A stretch of 63,699 bases of DNA, the filler included, from an uncultured bacterium (GTDB lineage: Bacteria > CAYUVA01): assembly GCA_964448115.1 (NCBI GenBank). It is 3 parts of 3 records of this genome, joined end to end, with 100 filler letters (N's around TTAATTAATTAA, not from the genome) between each part and the next. Parts side by side here need not be neighbours in the genome. Positions count along the whole stretch, not along the records: positions 7,215 to 38,581 come from CAYUVA010000046.1; 2 more parts are not named here. The stretch is one strand, 5' to 3'. Each line of letters opens with the position of its first letter. Position 1 is the stretch's first letter. The translations under genes and the position numbers were made by a program. This document shows, one piece after another, positions 19,197 through 28,264 of the stretch. A model generated the notes under the pieces. The model made no database searches. It was not told the DNA's origin and saw nothing but the letters and a program-made list of their open reading frames with translations.

Positions 19197-20765
19197 TTAC
19201 ATGTTATCCTTGGTTCCATATATCAGCTCCTTGTCGCCAAAGGGACCAAAATTCTCTATGCTATGGATAAGCTCATAGTTATTATCGATAATATTCCAGA
19301 TCTCCTCGAAGTGCTCTTTCGCTATTGGCTTAAAGTCCGGGTAGCGGATGCGAAAGCTGGATTCTTTCAGCACCAGTATCTTAGCCTGGCGCTGTTTAAG
19401 GGTGCTTTTCAGCATATCCAGGTTCATTACCCTGTAAAGCTGCGCTTGCTCATAACTCATCGATGGATACAGAAAACACCCCTCGCTTCCGGGAATCACA
19501 TCGCGATCCGCCTCGACAGCGATGTATGTATCCGGGGTAAGTATTTTGTCTGTAATGCTCGTATTTTGTTTTATTATTTTAGCAATCTCCTTTACATCTC
19601 TGATATGGTCGGGCGATATCTTGTTCCTGCCGAAGCTTATCATAGCAAGCACACATCCGACAGCAAATACGATCCAATACAGCCTTGTCAAATGCCTGGA
19701 GCGCAGGTGTTCAAGTAGCTTGATCGAATATCCGGTAGCCAATAGCAGGATTATCGGATAGATGGGCGCCAAGTAATGATGATCCCGATAACCAACCTGG
19801 GCTGGGAGGTGGCTTATTATCACCGAAAGGGCGGTCATCCATAACATACTCATTGCCGATATCGAGCTTTTTTCTTTTTTCATATCCTTAGGGGCAAACG
19901 GGTCATATTCCCTTTGATTTAATGAACTTTGTGCGATCAAGCCAATCGCTATCAACCCCCACAGCCAGTAAGTGTAGCAAAATGATGCTGCTAGGAAGGT
20001 CAGTTTCCCAAGCGCTATCTGAAAAATGCCGCCTATCTCCCTTGCCAGGTGGTAGGCGACCAGGTTGAAATAGGCTTGCTTGGGGTAAAGCATGAAGATA
20101 GAGCCTAGAAAACTGAATGAAAAAAGGATAAAGGAGCTGGTAATAATGAAGATACCCAGGAGATCTTTTTTTGATTGCCAGAGCAAGACTGCAAGCACGG
20201 TAAGCGCATAGCCCCATAATGATAGCCTGGTACAACCTGCCATTACGGCGAACAGCACGCAAGCGACTGCCCGAAGATATCCAATCGACTTGTTCTCGAA
20301 TCCCCTTGCTTCCACTATCAGAAAAAAAACGCTGCAAAGTATGAATAACGCCCCCTGCGGATAGGCTCGTATGGGGATGAGCTGATAGACCATGTTCGGC
20401 GATGATGCAAATAGCATCAGGCAGATCAAAACACCGCCCATATCCCATAGATAATACGATATAAAGACGACCAGGAGGAGGATTGTCATAACCATGCCCA
20501 AAGATACGATCCGTCCCTCAACTATGCCGAAATGATAAAACGATAATAAGAACGAATAAATGGTCAAGCTCATGGGGGCTTGGGTGAAGGAGAAATCCAC
20601 ATAGGGTCTTTGCCCGCGACTAAGAAGTTCAGCGCCAAGTAGATAATAGCCCTCATCAGGATTAAGCTCACCTGCCGTGGTATAGATAACGCCGTAAGCG
20701 CAGGCAATTACCAGGCAAATGCCGACCAAAAGGATAATCCCCGGTCTTCTTAGCTTTTCTTTCAT
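19197..20765 (-). CDS. GT-C glycosyltransferase (family 39/ArnT-like)
   Basis: NPDEGYY...GQRPYVDF..QAP in the first loop, about 11 TMs, HYL motif. Confidence 0.75.
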   Translation of the reverse strand: MKEKLRRPGIILLVGICLVIACAYGVIYTTAGELNPDEGYYLLGAELLSRGQRPYVDFSFTQAPMSLTIYSFLLSFYHFGIVEGRIVSLGMVMTILLLVVFISYYLWDMGGVLICLMLFASSPNMVYQLIPIRAYPQGALFILCSVFFLIVEARGFENKSIGYLRAVACVLFAVMAGCTRLSLWGYALTVLAVLLWQSKKDLLGIFIITSSFILFSFSFLGSIFMLYPKQAYFNLVAYHLAREIGGIFQIALGKLTFLAASFCYTYWLWGLIAIGLIAQSSLNQREYDPFAPKDMKKEKSSISAMSMLWMTALSVIISHLPAQVGYRDHHYLAPIYPIILLLATGYSIKLLEHLRSRHLTRLYWIVFAVGCVLAMISFGRNKISPDHIRDVKEIAKIIKQNTSITDKILTPDTYIAVEADRDVIPGSEGCFLYPSMSYEQAQLYRVMNLDMLKSTLKQRQAKILVLKESSFRIRYPDFKPIAKEHFEEIWNIIDNNYELIHSIENFGPFGDKELIYGTKDNM

Positions 20766-22562
20766 CTATTCAATGATACTTGAGGTTTTAAGCTCTTGAT
20801 ATCTTAATCCAGTAGGCATCTTCCTTCCGATGATACCCCACAGGTCTCCATCCTGTCCGTAGCTGCTCCAGGCATGGACTCCGAATCCATCCTCGCTAAG
20901 TGCGACCATCGGATCAGTCTGGCTTGAGGATGTATATTGGTTCACTAACTCTTCATAGGGGGGATTCGGTGAGCCTACTCGAAAGAGGCGTCGATAGATC
21001 CCGTAGCTGTCGCCATCCTGGTTGTAGCTCGTCCACGATACCAGGAAATTGCCCTGGCTATCCATGCTGACCGCGGGCAGCTTCTGGCTGTTCGACCAGC
21101 GTACATTGACCTGGAACTCATCAGCCAATCTGTGTCCCTTATCATTCATCAACCTGCCGAAGATGCCCCATTGATCTCCATCCTGCCCGTTGCTCTGCCA
21201 TACTATCACGAAATTCCCATCGCTGCATGAATCCAGGGCAGGGTAGAACTTGTTGTAACTGTTATTCTCGTTCACGATAAATTCATCGCTGGCATCTTCA
21301 TAAGTCTCGTATATACGACAGTAAATAATATTGCTCACCGAGGACTCATCGGGACCGTCCCAGCAGATAGCGTATCCTCCATGGCTGAAGGAGGTGATGG
21401 CTGGATGTGCTTGATCCAGAATATCGAGTTGGTTGGTCATCATCCTTTGAGATAGGGGATCACCCGAGGCGTTGAACACTCTATGATAAATATCGCATCC
21501 TTCCAGGGCAGTGCAGTGCTGCCAGACCACGATTATATTGCCATCAGCCAACCAGGCTGCATCCGGGTTCAGTTGACTCTCGCTGCGGATTGGATCGACC
21601 ATAAACTCACCAGTCGATGGAACACCGTTTTGATCGAAGATTCGTGCAACGCAGTCCGTATCATAGCTCGGATAGTCCTGCTGCCAGGCAACGATGCACC
21701 TGCCGCTTGAATCAGCAGCCAGCCTTGGATTAGCTGCTGTCGAGCTTTCAGATGCGTTGACCATGATCTCACCAGTTGTCGGGGCACAATGATCATCGAA
21801 CAGGCGAAACTTGATGAAGCCCTCCTGGTCGCTCCAGGCGATGATAAAGCCACCACAGGGCATGACAGCCACATCAGGCTCCACCTGGCTCCCGGGTGTG
21901 TATGGGTTGGCGATGAACTCATCAGTATAGACGGTCGGAGTGCTGGTAGGGCTTGCGGTGGAGGTAACTGTCGAGGAGGGGGTGAAACTTGGCGTATTTG
22001 TGGGGATCGAAGTGGGGCTATTTGTAGGCGTCAAGGTTGCCTGGATGGTGCTTGTTTGGGTCGGAGTAGGAGTGTTACGAGGGGTGAATGTCGCTGTTGG
22101 AGTCGATGTGTGCCTTAGTAAAATGAGGGTCTGGGCAATAACTTCGCCTTGCTCTGGAACGCAAAGTTTATCGATCGCTGCGCTCGAAAAGCCGTGGTAC
22201 CTGAACGCGCTTAGCCGGTATTCGCCGGCGGGAACATTGGTAAAACAGTAATAACCATTAAAATCGGTTAATGTGGTAAAAAGATGGTAACAGTATGCGG
22301 AAATCACCAAGAGGGACAGACATATAATGACCGCTGCGCCCAGGCTTTTATGCCCAAGCGAATATCTTAGAATAAGAGCTAATAAAATAGCGGTGATGCC
22401 GATGCCAATAAAGCCCAGCGATGGGATATACGATGCTTCACCGAGCACCACCTGGGTTGCGCTGAAATCATTCTCCCCCTGCAAGATGACCCGACCGATA
22501 ACATCTGCGGCATGGACACCATGGCAAGAAAGCAAAATACAAAGTATGAATAAAAGGGTCAT
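20766..22562 (-). CDS. Secreted protein: carboxypeptidase-regulatory-like Ig domain interrupted by a TM hairpin, PT linker, repeat (propeller-like) domain
   Basis: Signal peptide VHA. TDFNGYYCFTNVPAGEYRL. PT linker. Repeats of the form QxxPxV...GxFxxxW..QDGD.GI. Confidence 0.7.
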   Translation of the reverse strand: MTLLFILCILLSCHGVHAADVIGRVILQGENDFSATQVVLGEASYIPSLGFIGIGITAILLALILRYSLGHKSLGAAVIICLSLLVISAYCYHLFTTLTDFNGYYCFTNVPAGEYRLSAFRYHGFSSAAIDKLCVPEQGEVIAQTLILLRHTSTPTATFTPRNTPTPTQTSTIQATLTPTNSPTSIPTNTPSFTPSSTVTSTASPTSTPTVYTDEFIANPYTPGSQVEPDVAVMPCGGFIIAWSDQEGFIKFRLFDDHCAPTTGEIMVNASESSTAANPRLAADSSGRCIVAWQQDYPSYDTDCVARIFDQNGVPSTGEFMVDPIRSESQLNPDAAWLADGNIIVVWQHCTALEGCDIYHRVFNASGDPLSQRMMTNQLDILDQAHPAITSFSHGGYAICWDGPDESSVSNIIYCRIYETYEDASDEFIVNENNSYNKFYPALDSCSDGNFVIVWQSNGQDGDQWGIFGRLMNDKGHRLADEFQVNVRWSNSQKLPAVSMDSQGNFLVSWTSYNQDGDSYGIYRRLFRVGSPNPPYEELVNQYTSSSQTDPMVALSEDGFGVHAWSSYGQDGDLWGIIGRKMPTGLRYQELKTSSIIE

Positions 22563-23377
22563 CCGCCATCTCCAGGTAGGTATATATGTGGCTTGCCGCT
22601 GAAGGGGTCATTGGCGACCTTAACCTCGCAGCCGAAGTACTGCTTTATTGTTTGCGAGGTTAGCACCCCTTCGGGGGTCCCGATCTCATAAGCCGTAGCT
22701 TGCTTGCCCAAAAGGAGCAGCCTTTCACAATACCTGGCAGCAAGGTTCAGGTCATGGGAGATGAAGACCATGGTCATTTTCTCCTTTTCATTGAGCTGCT
22801 CGAGCAAATCGCCTATCGCCTGCTGATAGTTGATGTCCAGGTGGCTGGCAGCCTCATCGAGCAGCAAACATGGTGCCTGCTGGGCCAATGCCCTGGCTAT
22901 CTGCACCCTTTGCCTTTCTCCAGCGGATAGCTCATATAGGTACCTATTGGCAAAGCCCGAAATACCAAGCATATCCATGTATTTTTCAGCGATCTGGCGA
23001 TCATTTTTTCCCTCGAATAATCGATTTTTCAAGTGCGGATATCTTCCCATCAATACGACCTCGCGCACCGTAAATGGAAATTGATAGTAAATATCCTGCG
23101 ATACATAGGCTGTAAGCTTGGCTCGCTGAGAGAATCCGAGGTTATGCAGCTTGGTACCCATTATTTTAATGCTCCCCCGGCGAGGCTTTATGAGACCCAA
23201 TAGTAGCCTTAAAAGCGTGGTCTTGCCGGCTCCATTGGGTCCGATCACTCCCCAAAACGAGCCTCTTTGTATGGTGAGATTCAAGCCATCCAAGATGAGA
23301 TCCCCCCTGTCCATCGGTCTCTTACTATCATAACCGAAGCTGATATCGGTCAAGCTGAAGAAGCTATCGACGGTCAA
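22559..23377 (-). CDS. ABC transporter ATPase, FhuC/BtuD family
   Basis: GPNGAGKTT, VLMGRYPH, LSAGERQRV, LLLDE, SHDLNLAARY. Confidence 0.9.
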   Translation of the reverse strand: MTVDSFFSLTDISFGYDSKRPMDRGDLILDGLNLTIQRGSFWGVIGPNGAGKTTLLRLLLGLIKPRRGSIKIMGTKLHNLGFSQRAKLTAYVSQDIYYQFPFTVREVVLMGRYPHLKNRLFEGKNDRQIAEKYMDMLGISGFANRYLYELSAGERQRVQIARALAQQAPCLLLDEAASHLDINYQQAIGDLLEQLNEKEKMTMVFISHDLNLAARYCERLLLLGKQATAYEIGTPEGVLTSQTIKQYFGCEVKVANDPFSGKPHIYLPGDGG

Positions 23378-23384
23378 TCTTCAC

Positions 23385-24434
23385 TTACCTCGTGGTTGTA
23401 TTAAGATTGCGCACCAGAATGAAAAGAAAAAACGGTCCCCCTAAGATGGAGGTGATAACGCCGATCGGTATCTCCATGGGCGCGATGAGCACCCGGGCAA
23501 GCACATCGCATGATAAAAGAAAGATGCTTCCCCCAATAGCGCTAACCGGCAATAGCCAACGGTGATCCGGTCCAATGAGCAACCTCATGGTGTGAGGCAC
23601 GATCAAGCCGACAAATGCAATGAGCCCGGCTGCGGAGACAACGGCGGCGGTGATGAATGAAGCCAAAAGAAAACTCACTCGCTTCAGGTGCTCTACATCA
23701 ATGCCGCTCGATGATGCAAGATCCTCATCCATCACCAGGATATTGTATCCCTTGGAGTAGCTATACAAGATGCTGCATCCGACCAGGACAATAGCAGCAA
23801 TTATCCATAGATTATGCTCCATCCCGCCCAGATCCCCCAATAGCCAGAACATGATACCCTTGACCTTTACCGGATTTGCAAACCAATAGATTAAAAGGAT
23901 AACCGCATTGAAAAAGGAATTTAATATCACGCCTGCCAGGATCACACCGAATACCGATAGCCTTCCCCGCCGGTATCCGATGCCATAAGCGACGAAGATC
24001 GCAACCGAGCCGCCAAGAAAACTTAAGACCTGGATGGCTCCGTAGCCGAGCGCCATGCTGCCCAAGCCTAAAATGAAGCCGATGACCGCGCCCAGCGCTG
24101 CGCCGCCGGAGACGCCCAGGATGTATGGCTCTGCCAACGGATTGCGCAACAGGCACTGGAATACAGCGCCGACTACCGACAGCGCAGCCCCGGCGAGGAT
24201 GGCTAGCAACATTCGAGGAATGCGAATATCGAACAGGATCTTTCTAATGATCTCAGCATCCTCGGAAACGCTCACCCCAAAGCCTAGGCTCTGGTATAAT
24301 ACAGAGACGATATCTGCCAGGGCAATGGGGCTGCCGCCGAAGGCAAGCGAAATACATGCCACCAGCGGAAGCAAAAATAGCAACAGGATAGTGAAACCCT
24401 TTCGTCTAGAACCTTGAAGCATATTTACGATCAC
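23385..24434 (-). CDS. ABC permease, FecCD/BtuC family
   Basis: IRIPR, RNPLAEPYILGVSGGA, WLLGDL, IAFVGLIVPH, EIPIGVIT. Confidence 0.92.
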   Translation of the reverse strand: MIVNMLQGSRRKGFTILLLFLLPLVACISLAFGGSPIALADIVSVLYQSLGFGVSVSEDAEIIRKILFDIRIPRMLLAILAGAALSVVGAVFQCLLRNPLAEPYILGVSGGAALGAVIGFILGLGSMALGYGAIQVLSFLGGSVAIFVAYGIGYRRGRLSVFGVILAGVILNSFFNAVILLIYWFANPVKVKGIMFWLLGDLGGMEHNLWIIAAIVLVGCSILYSYSKGYNILVMDEDLASSSGIDVEHLKRVSFLLASFITAAVVSAAGLIAFVGLIVPHTMRLLIGPDHRWLLPVSAIGGSIFLLSCDVLARVLIAPMEIPIGVITSILGGPFFLFILVRNLNTTTR

Positions 24435-25816
24435 TCCTGGGAAGGCTCAAAGCTCCACACTGGATGCTCATCAGCGGGCTTCGCTTCCAATCCTATCACC
24501 TCGAAGCTGTGCATGAGCCAGAGTTGATGCAGGATCTCGCCAGAGTTGCCATCCTTTATCACTGGGGACACATAGTATTTCCCGGAGCCTACTTGGCTAA
24601 AAGGGAGCCCCACATAAGCATAATATGCGCCGGTTGTGTTGCAGATACTAGCGGGGATATCATATTGGGTATATAAGGTCTCCATTAGCGCGCTATCATG
24701 AATGCTTACCCCGATAATTGCTTTATCTACCGGTTCTTTGAGCCTAAAATGAATCAATATGCGAATCGGCTGCTTCTCTTGGACTTTTTCTATAAAACTA
24801 CCCTCGTTATCCAGTAAGCTTACCTTGTGGATGTGTGCCCTCATGTTGCCATAGGTGCCTGGAATCTTGGGGATATTTAGTTTTCCCTCCACATTAGCAA
24901 GCGTGATGTTTCTTACAAGCTCGTCTTTGTATTGCTCGAATCGATAACGCCACTTCCGTTCTGTCTCCCCCAGCATTTGATCGGTGCGTTTAATCTTCTC
25001 GGTAAGGGTTGACTCCCACTGTTTGAGTTCTTGCCTGATCTTATATAGATTGCCCTCTTTTTCCTGGTCGGAGAGCATGTTCAAGTAAACATCGAATGCA
25101 TCTTCGGTAATGCCGTCATAAAGCAGCCTCCCCTCGGATAACACCAGGCACCGATTACAGATAGGGCGCAGGTCTTCCAATGAATGCGAGACCATTAATA
25201 TCGTCTTTCCAGCATCGGCAAACTCCCTCAGCTTCTCCATGCAGCGCCTTTGGAAGGCTATATCGCCGACCATGAGAATCTCATCGACCAGCAGGATATC
25301 CGGATCAACGCTAACCGCCAGCGAGAAGCCGAGACGAAGCAGCATACCGGTGCTGTAGTTACGCAAGGGAACATCAATGAACTCCCCTAGTCCAGAGAAA
25401 GAGATTATACGATCCATCACCCTGGCAAGCTCGGCACGAGTAAGACCGAACAGGGTTCCATTAAGGAAGATATTCTCCTTGCCGGTCAGATTTTCGTGAA
25501 ACCCGGCAACCAGATCCAGGATGCCCGATATCCTGCCATGGGTTTGAACATCCCCGCTGCTCGGCTTCAGGATGCCGAGAATAATCCGAAGCAGTGTGCT
25601 CTTGCCAGAGCCGTTTTTGCCGATGATCCCGACTAGTTCGCCTTGTTTGACTGTAAACGAGATATCCTTGAGCGCGTCTATCTTCGACTCATGGGAAGGT
25701 GTTCCCAAGATATGCCTCAGAAAGACACCTTTAATTGTATCTTGGCTCTGGTGTCTTAATATGAAGGTCTTGGTGATATTATTAAGCTCAACCGCGATCG
25801 CATTAGCATTATCCAT
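24431..25816 (-). CDS. wzt: Polysaccharide ABC transporter ATPase Wzt with C-terminal carbohydrate-binding domain
   Basis: GKNGSGKST, GFHENLTGKENI, YSTGMLLRLGFS, DEILMVGD.FQ, VSH. C-terminal beta domain. Confidence 0.85.
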   Translation of the reverse strand: MDNANAIAVELNNITKTFILRHQSQDTIKGVFLRHILGTPSHESKIDALKDISFTVKQGELVGIIGKNGSGKSTLLRIILGILKPSSGDVQTHGRISGILDLVAGFHENLTGKENIFLNGTLFGLTRAELARVMDRIISFSGLGEFIDVPLRNYSTGMLLRLGFSLAVSVDPDILLVDEILMVGDIAFQRRCMEKLREFADAGKTILMVSHSLEDLRPICNRCLVLSEGRLLYDGITEDAFDVYLNMLSDQEKEGNLYKIRQELKQWESTLTEKIKRTDQMLGETERKWRYRFEQYKDELVRNITLANVEGKLNIPKIPGTYGNMRAHIHKVSLLDNEGSFIEKVQEKQPIRILIHFRLKEPVDKAIIGVSIHDSALMETLYTQYDIPASICNTTGAYYAYVGLPFSQVGSGKYYVSPVIKDGNSGEILHQLWLMHSFEVIGLEAKPADEHPVWSFEPSQE

Positions 25817-25906
25817 GAGAATAAATTATGATACTTTTTGCACAACCGGGTTCTCGTAGGGAACGGTTATAATTAGCGATACTTTATGGGGATTCGGCAA
25901 GAAGAG

Positions 25907-26350
25907 TTACTTATCGAACTCAACCCTAAGCAGCACCATGCCGACTCGAATAAGGTCTTTATCATCCAGTGCAACCGGCTCATCCACCCTCAAGGCGGCG
26001 TTATTCAGGTAGGTCTTGTTCTTCCCCCCCAGATCAATGATGTAAACCGCCTCATCTTCGAGCCTTATCTCAGCGTGTCTCCTGGATACATAGCCTTCAT
26101 CCTCGTTGCTTAGATCGATCTCTGGTACGATATTTCTCTCCTCATCTAGCCTACCGATCAGGTTCCTGGCTTTTATTAAAGTAAAGACCTTGCCTAATGA
26201 CTCCCCTTCCTGTATCACAAGTTTAACCTTCCCAGCCAGTGCAGGGAGCTTTCCTCCACCCTCGAGGTCATCTCCCCCTAAAAGAAAATCAGGCTTCAGA
26301 TTGTCGCTATCATTCTTGCTCATACCCGAATTAATCCTTGATTTATTCAA
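25907..26350 (-). CDS. Stand-alone FHA domain protein
   Basis: IGR, VSRRHA, DLGGKNKTYLN, DLIRVG. Confidence 0.9.
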   Translation of the reverse strand: MNKSRINSGMSKNDSDNLKPDFLLGGDDLEGGGKLPALAGKVKLVIQEGESLGKVFTLIKARNLIGRLDEERNIVPEIDLSNEDEGYVSRRHAEIRLEDEAVYIIDLGGKNKTYLNNAALRVDEPVALDDKDLIRVGMVLLRVEFDK

Positions 26351-26401
26351 CTATATTATATCTAACTATCTTGAGAATAACAACCCATCAAGTTCATTAG
26401 A

Positions 26402-27520
26402 TCACTTGTCAGAATCCTTTTCACCACCCGCATATTTTCGTAACATCTCTCCAAGCCTTTGATTCGAATCCATGACCACATTGACGCATTTTTGACAATA
26501 AGATGGCATATTCCCAGCTAAAAAGGAGGATCTGACCGACTGAAAAGGAGCGCTGAACCATATCTCTTCAAGGGAATTATTCATGACACTACCACCAAAA
26601 TTGTTTTCCTGGAAACCACAAATCATAGTCTGGCCATTAACCTGGATAGTAAGGTGGAGCCATGGCTCGTAGCAGGGCATGACTAAAAAGGAGATTGCCT
26701 GTTCTTTTTCATTGGAATGAGCCTTGTTTCTCGATTGAGAGACATTTTGCATCTGCTGCCTGTTAGCTTCCTCGATGATATGATCGAGATTATTTTGTAT
26801 TCCTTTTTTCTGGCAGAATTGATAAGCCTTGCTCGCCTCCTTCACAAGCAGTTCTATATCATCATCTTCAATCTGCAATCGCCTACCCTTATCATCATAA
26901 ACGGTAAGGCTCTGCGGTTTAAAGACATCAGCTCCCAGTCTATGTGCATGTTTTGCCATCCTTGATAAAAAGGGATAATTATCTTTTACTAGCACCGGAC
27001 CCACCTCAAGAACGGGCTTGTTTTTGCCCAAGTGTCGCTTCAAACCGGCGAATTGTTTAATAGCAGCGGTAATGCGCTTGAAGGCTCCAGGGATCTGTGT
27101 CAGGTTGTCATGGATACTAGCCTTGTGCCCATAAAGGGAGAACTTGATGTAATCCCAGCCCATATACACCGTTTGGTTTATGATTTCAGTGTTGAAGTTT
27201 GTGCCATTGGTATTCAGGTACCCATAGATTCCATGAGATTTGATGGCTTCCATTAGCATCAGGGTATCATCGAGTCTCATCAAGGGTTCTCCACCGCCAA
27301 TGATATGCCACTGTTGCACTCCCAATTTTGCTGATTCCTCTACTAGTTCCAGCATCCGTGTTATCGGGATCTCAGGGACTTGATAGCCCGGCGGTTCAAT
27401 GCGCTTATGGCAGAATATGCAGCAAAGGTTACAGCGATTGGTAGGGAAATACTCGATTTTTATAGGATAGGCTCGCTTGCCATGCAGCCAAAGCATCAGC
27501 CTTTTAATCCGTTCGTCCAT
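26402..27520 (-). CDS. Radical SAM protein with SPASM/twitch domain
   Basis: CNLCCIFC, GGGEP, TNG, C-terminal CYEPW...C...CQKC. Confidence 0.9.
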   Translation of the reverse strand: MDERIKRLMLWLHGKRAYPIKIEYFPTNRCNLCCIFCHKRIEPPGYQVPEIPITRMLELVEESAKLGVQQWHIIGGGEPLMRLDDTLMLMEAIKSHGIYGYLNTNGTNFNTEIINQTVYMGWDYIKFSLYGHKASIHDNLTQIPGAFKRITAAIKQFAGLKRHLGKNKPVLEVGPVLVKDNYPFLSRMAKHAHRLGADVFKPQSLTVYDDKGRRLQIEDDDIELLVKEASKAYQFCQKKGIQNNLDHIIEEANRQQMQNVSQSRNKAHSNEKEQAISFLVMPCYEPWLHLTIQVNGQTMICGFQENNFGGSVMNNSLEEIWFSAPFQSVRSSFLAGNMPSYCQKCVNVVMDSNQRLGEMLRKYAGGEKDSDK

Positions 27521-27639
27521 ATAAATTCATTATAACCATTTGTTCCCCTGCATGAAAGCTCAGCCCCAGGGTATTTAAAAGGCGATTTCTAACACCATCA
27601 TAGTGCGAATTAAATCAATTCTTCAGAGCTGCCCTTTGT

Positions 27640-28225
27640 TTTCCCACCCCTTTAATCCCCCCGTGTTCACGGTTGTCCCCTCTTCTTTTCCCCCCCTGTT
27701 CACGGTTGTCCCCTCTTCTTTTCCCCCCCGTTCACGGTTGTCCCCTCTTCTTTTCCCCCCCGTTCACGGGGGGGATTAAGGGGGGGGGAAACAGCCCCGA
27801 AAGACCGAATCTAATCACCCTCATTTTTACCTATGTCCCTTTTTCTTTTCCCCCCTGTTCACGGTTGTCCCCTCTTCTTTTCCCCCCCGTTCACGGTTGT
27901 CCCCTCTTCTTTTCCCCCCCGTTCACGGGGGGGATTAAGGGGGNNNNNNNNNNNNNNNNNNNNNNNNNNNNNNNNNNNNNNNNNNNNNNNNNNNNNNNNN
28001 NNNNNNNNNNNNNNNNNNNNNNNNNNNNNNNNNNNNNNNNNNNGGGGGGGGGAAACAGCCCCGAAAGACCGAATCTAATCACCCTCATTTTTACCTATGT
28101 CCCTTTTTCTTTTCCCCCCGTGTTCACGGTTGTCCCCTCTTCTTTTCCCCCCCGTTCACGGGGGGGATTAAGGGGGGGGGAAACAGCCCCGAAAGACCGA
28201 ATCTAATCACCCTCATTTTTACCTA
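27640..28225. repeat. Nested tandem repeat of REP-like units, containing a 100-N gap (27944-28043)
   Basis: About 32-bp unit GTTCACGGTTGTCCCCTCTTCTTTTCCCCCCC in runs. Each run ends in CCCCCCCGTTCACGGGGGGGATTAAGGGGG plus a ~45-bp AAACAGCCCCGAAAG...TTTTACCTAT block, seen at least three times. Confidence 0.9.
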
Positions 28226-28264
28226 TTGACAAATTGTGTCATTTATGCTTGTATTTCTCTTGCC

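Noticed and set aside
27640-28225. Possible CRISPR array (32-bp repeats) and ORFs 27673-28206, 27833-28078 and 27891-28088
   Set aside because: Repeats are head-to-tail without unique spacers and no cas genes are present. The ORFs are translations of repeat and N sequence.
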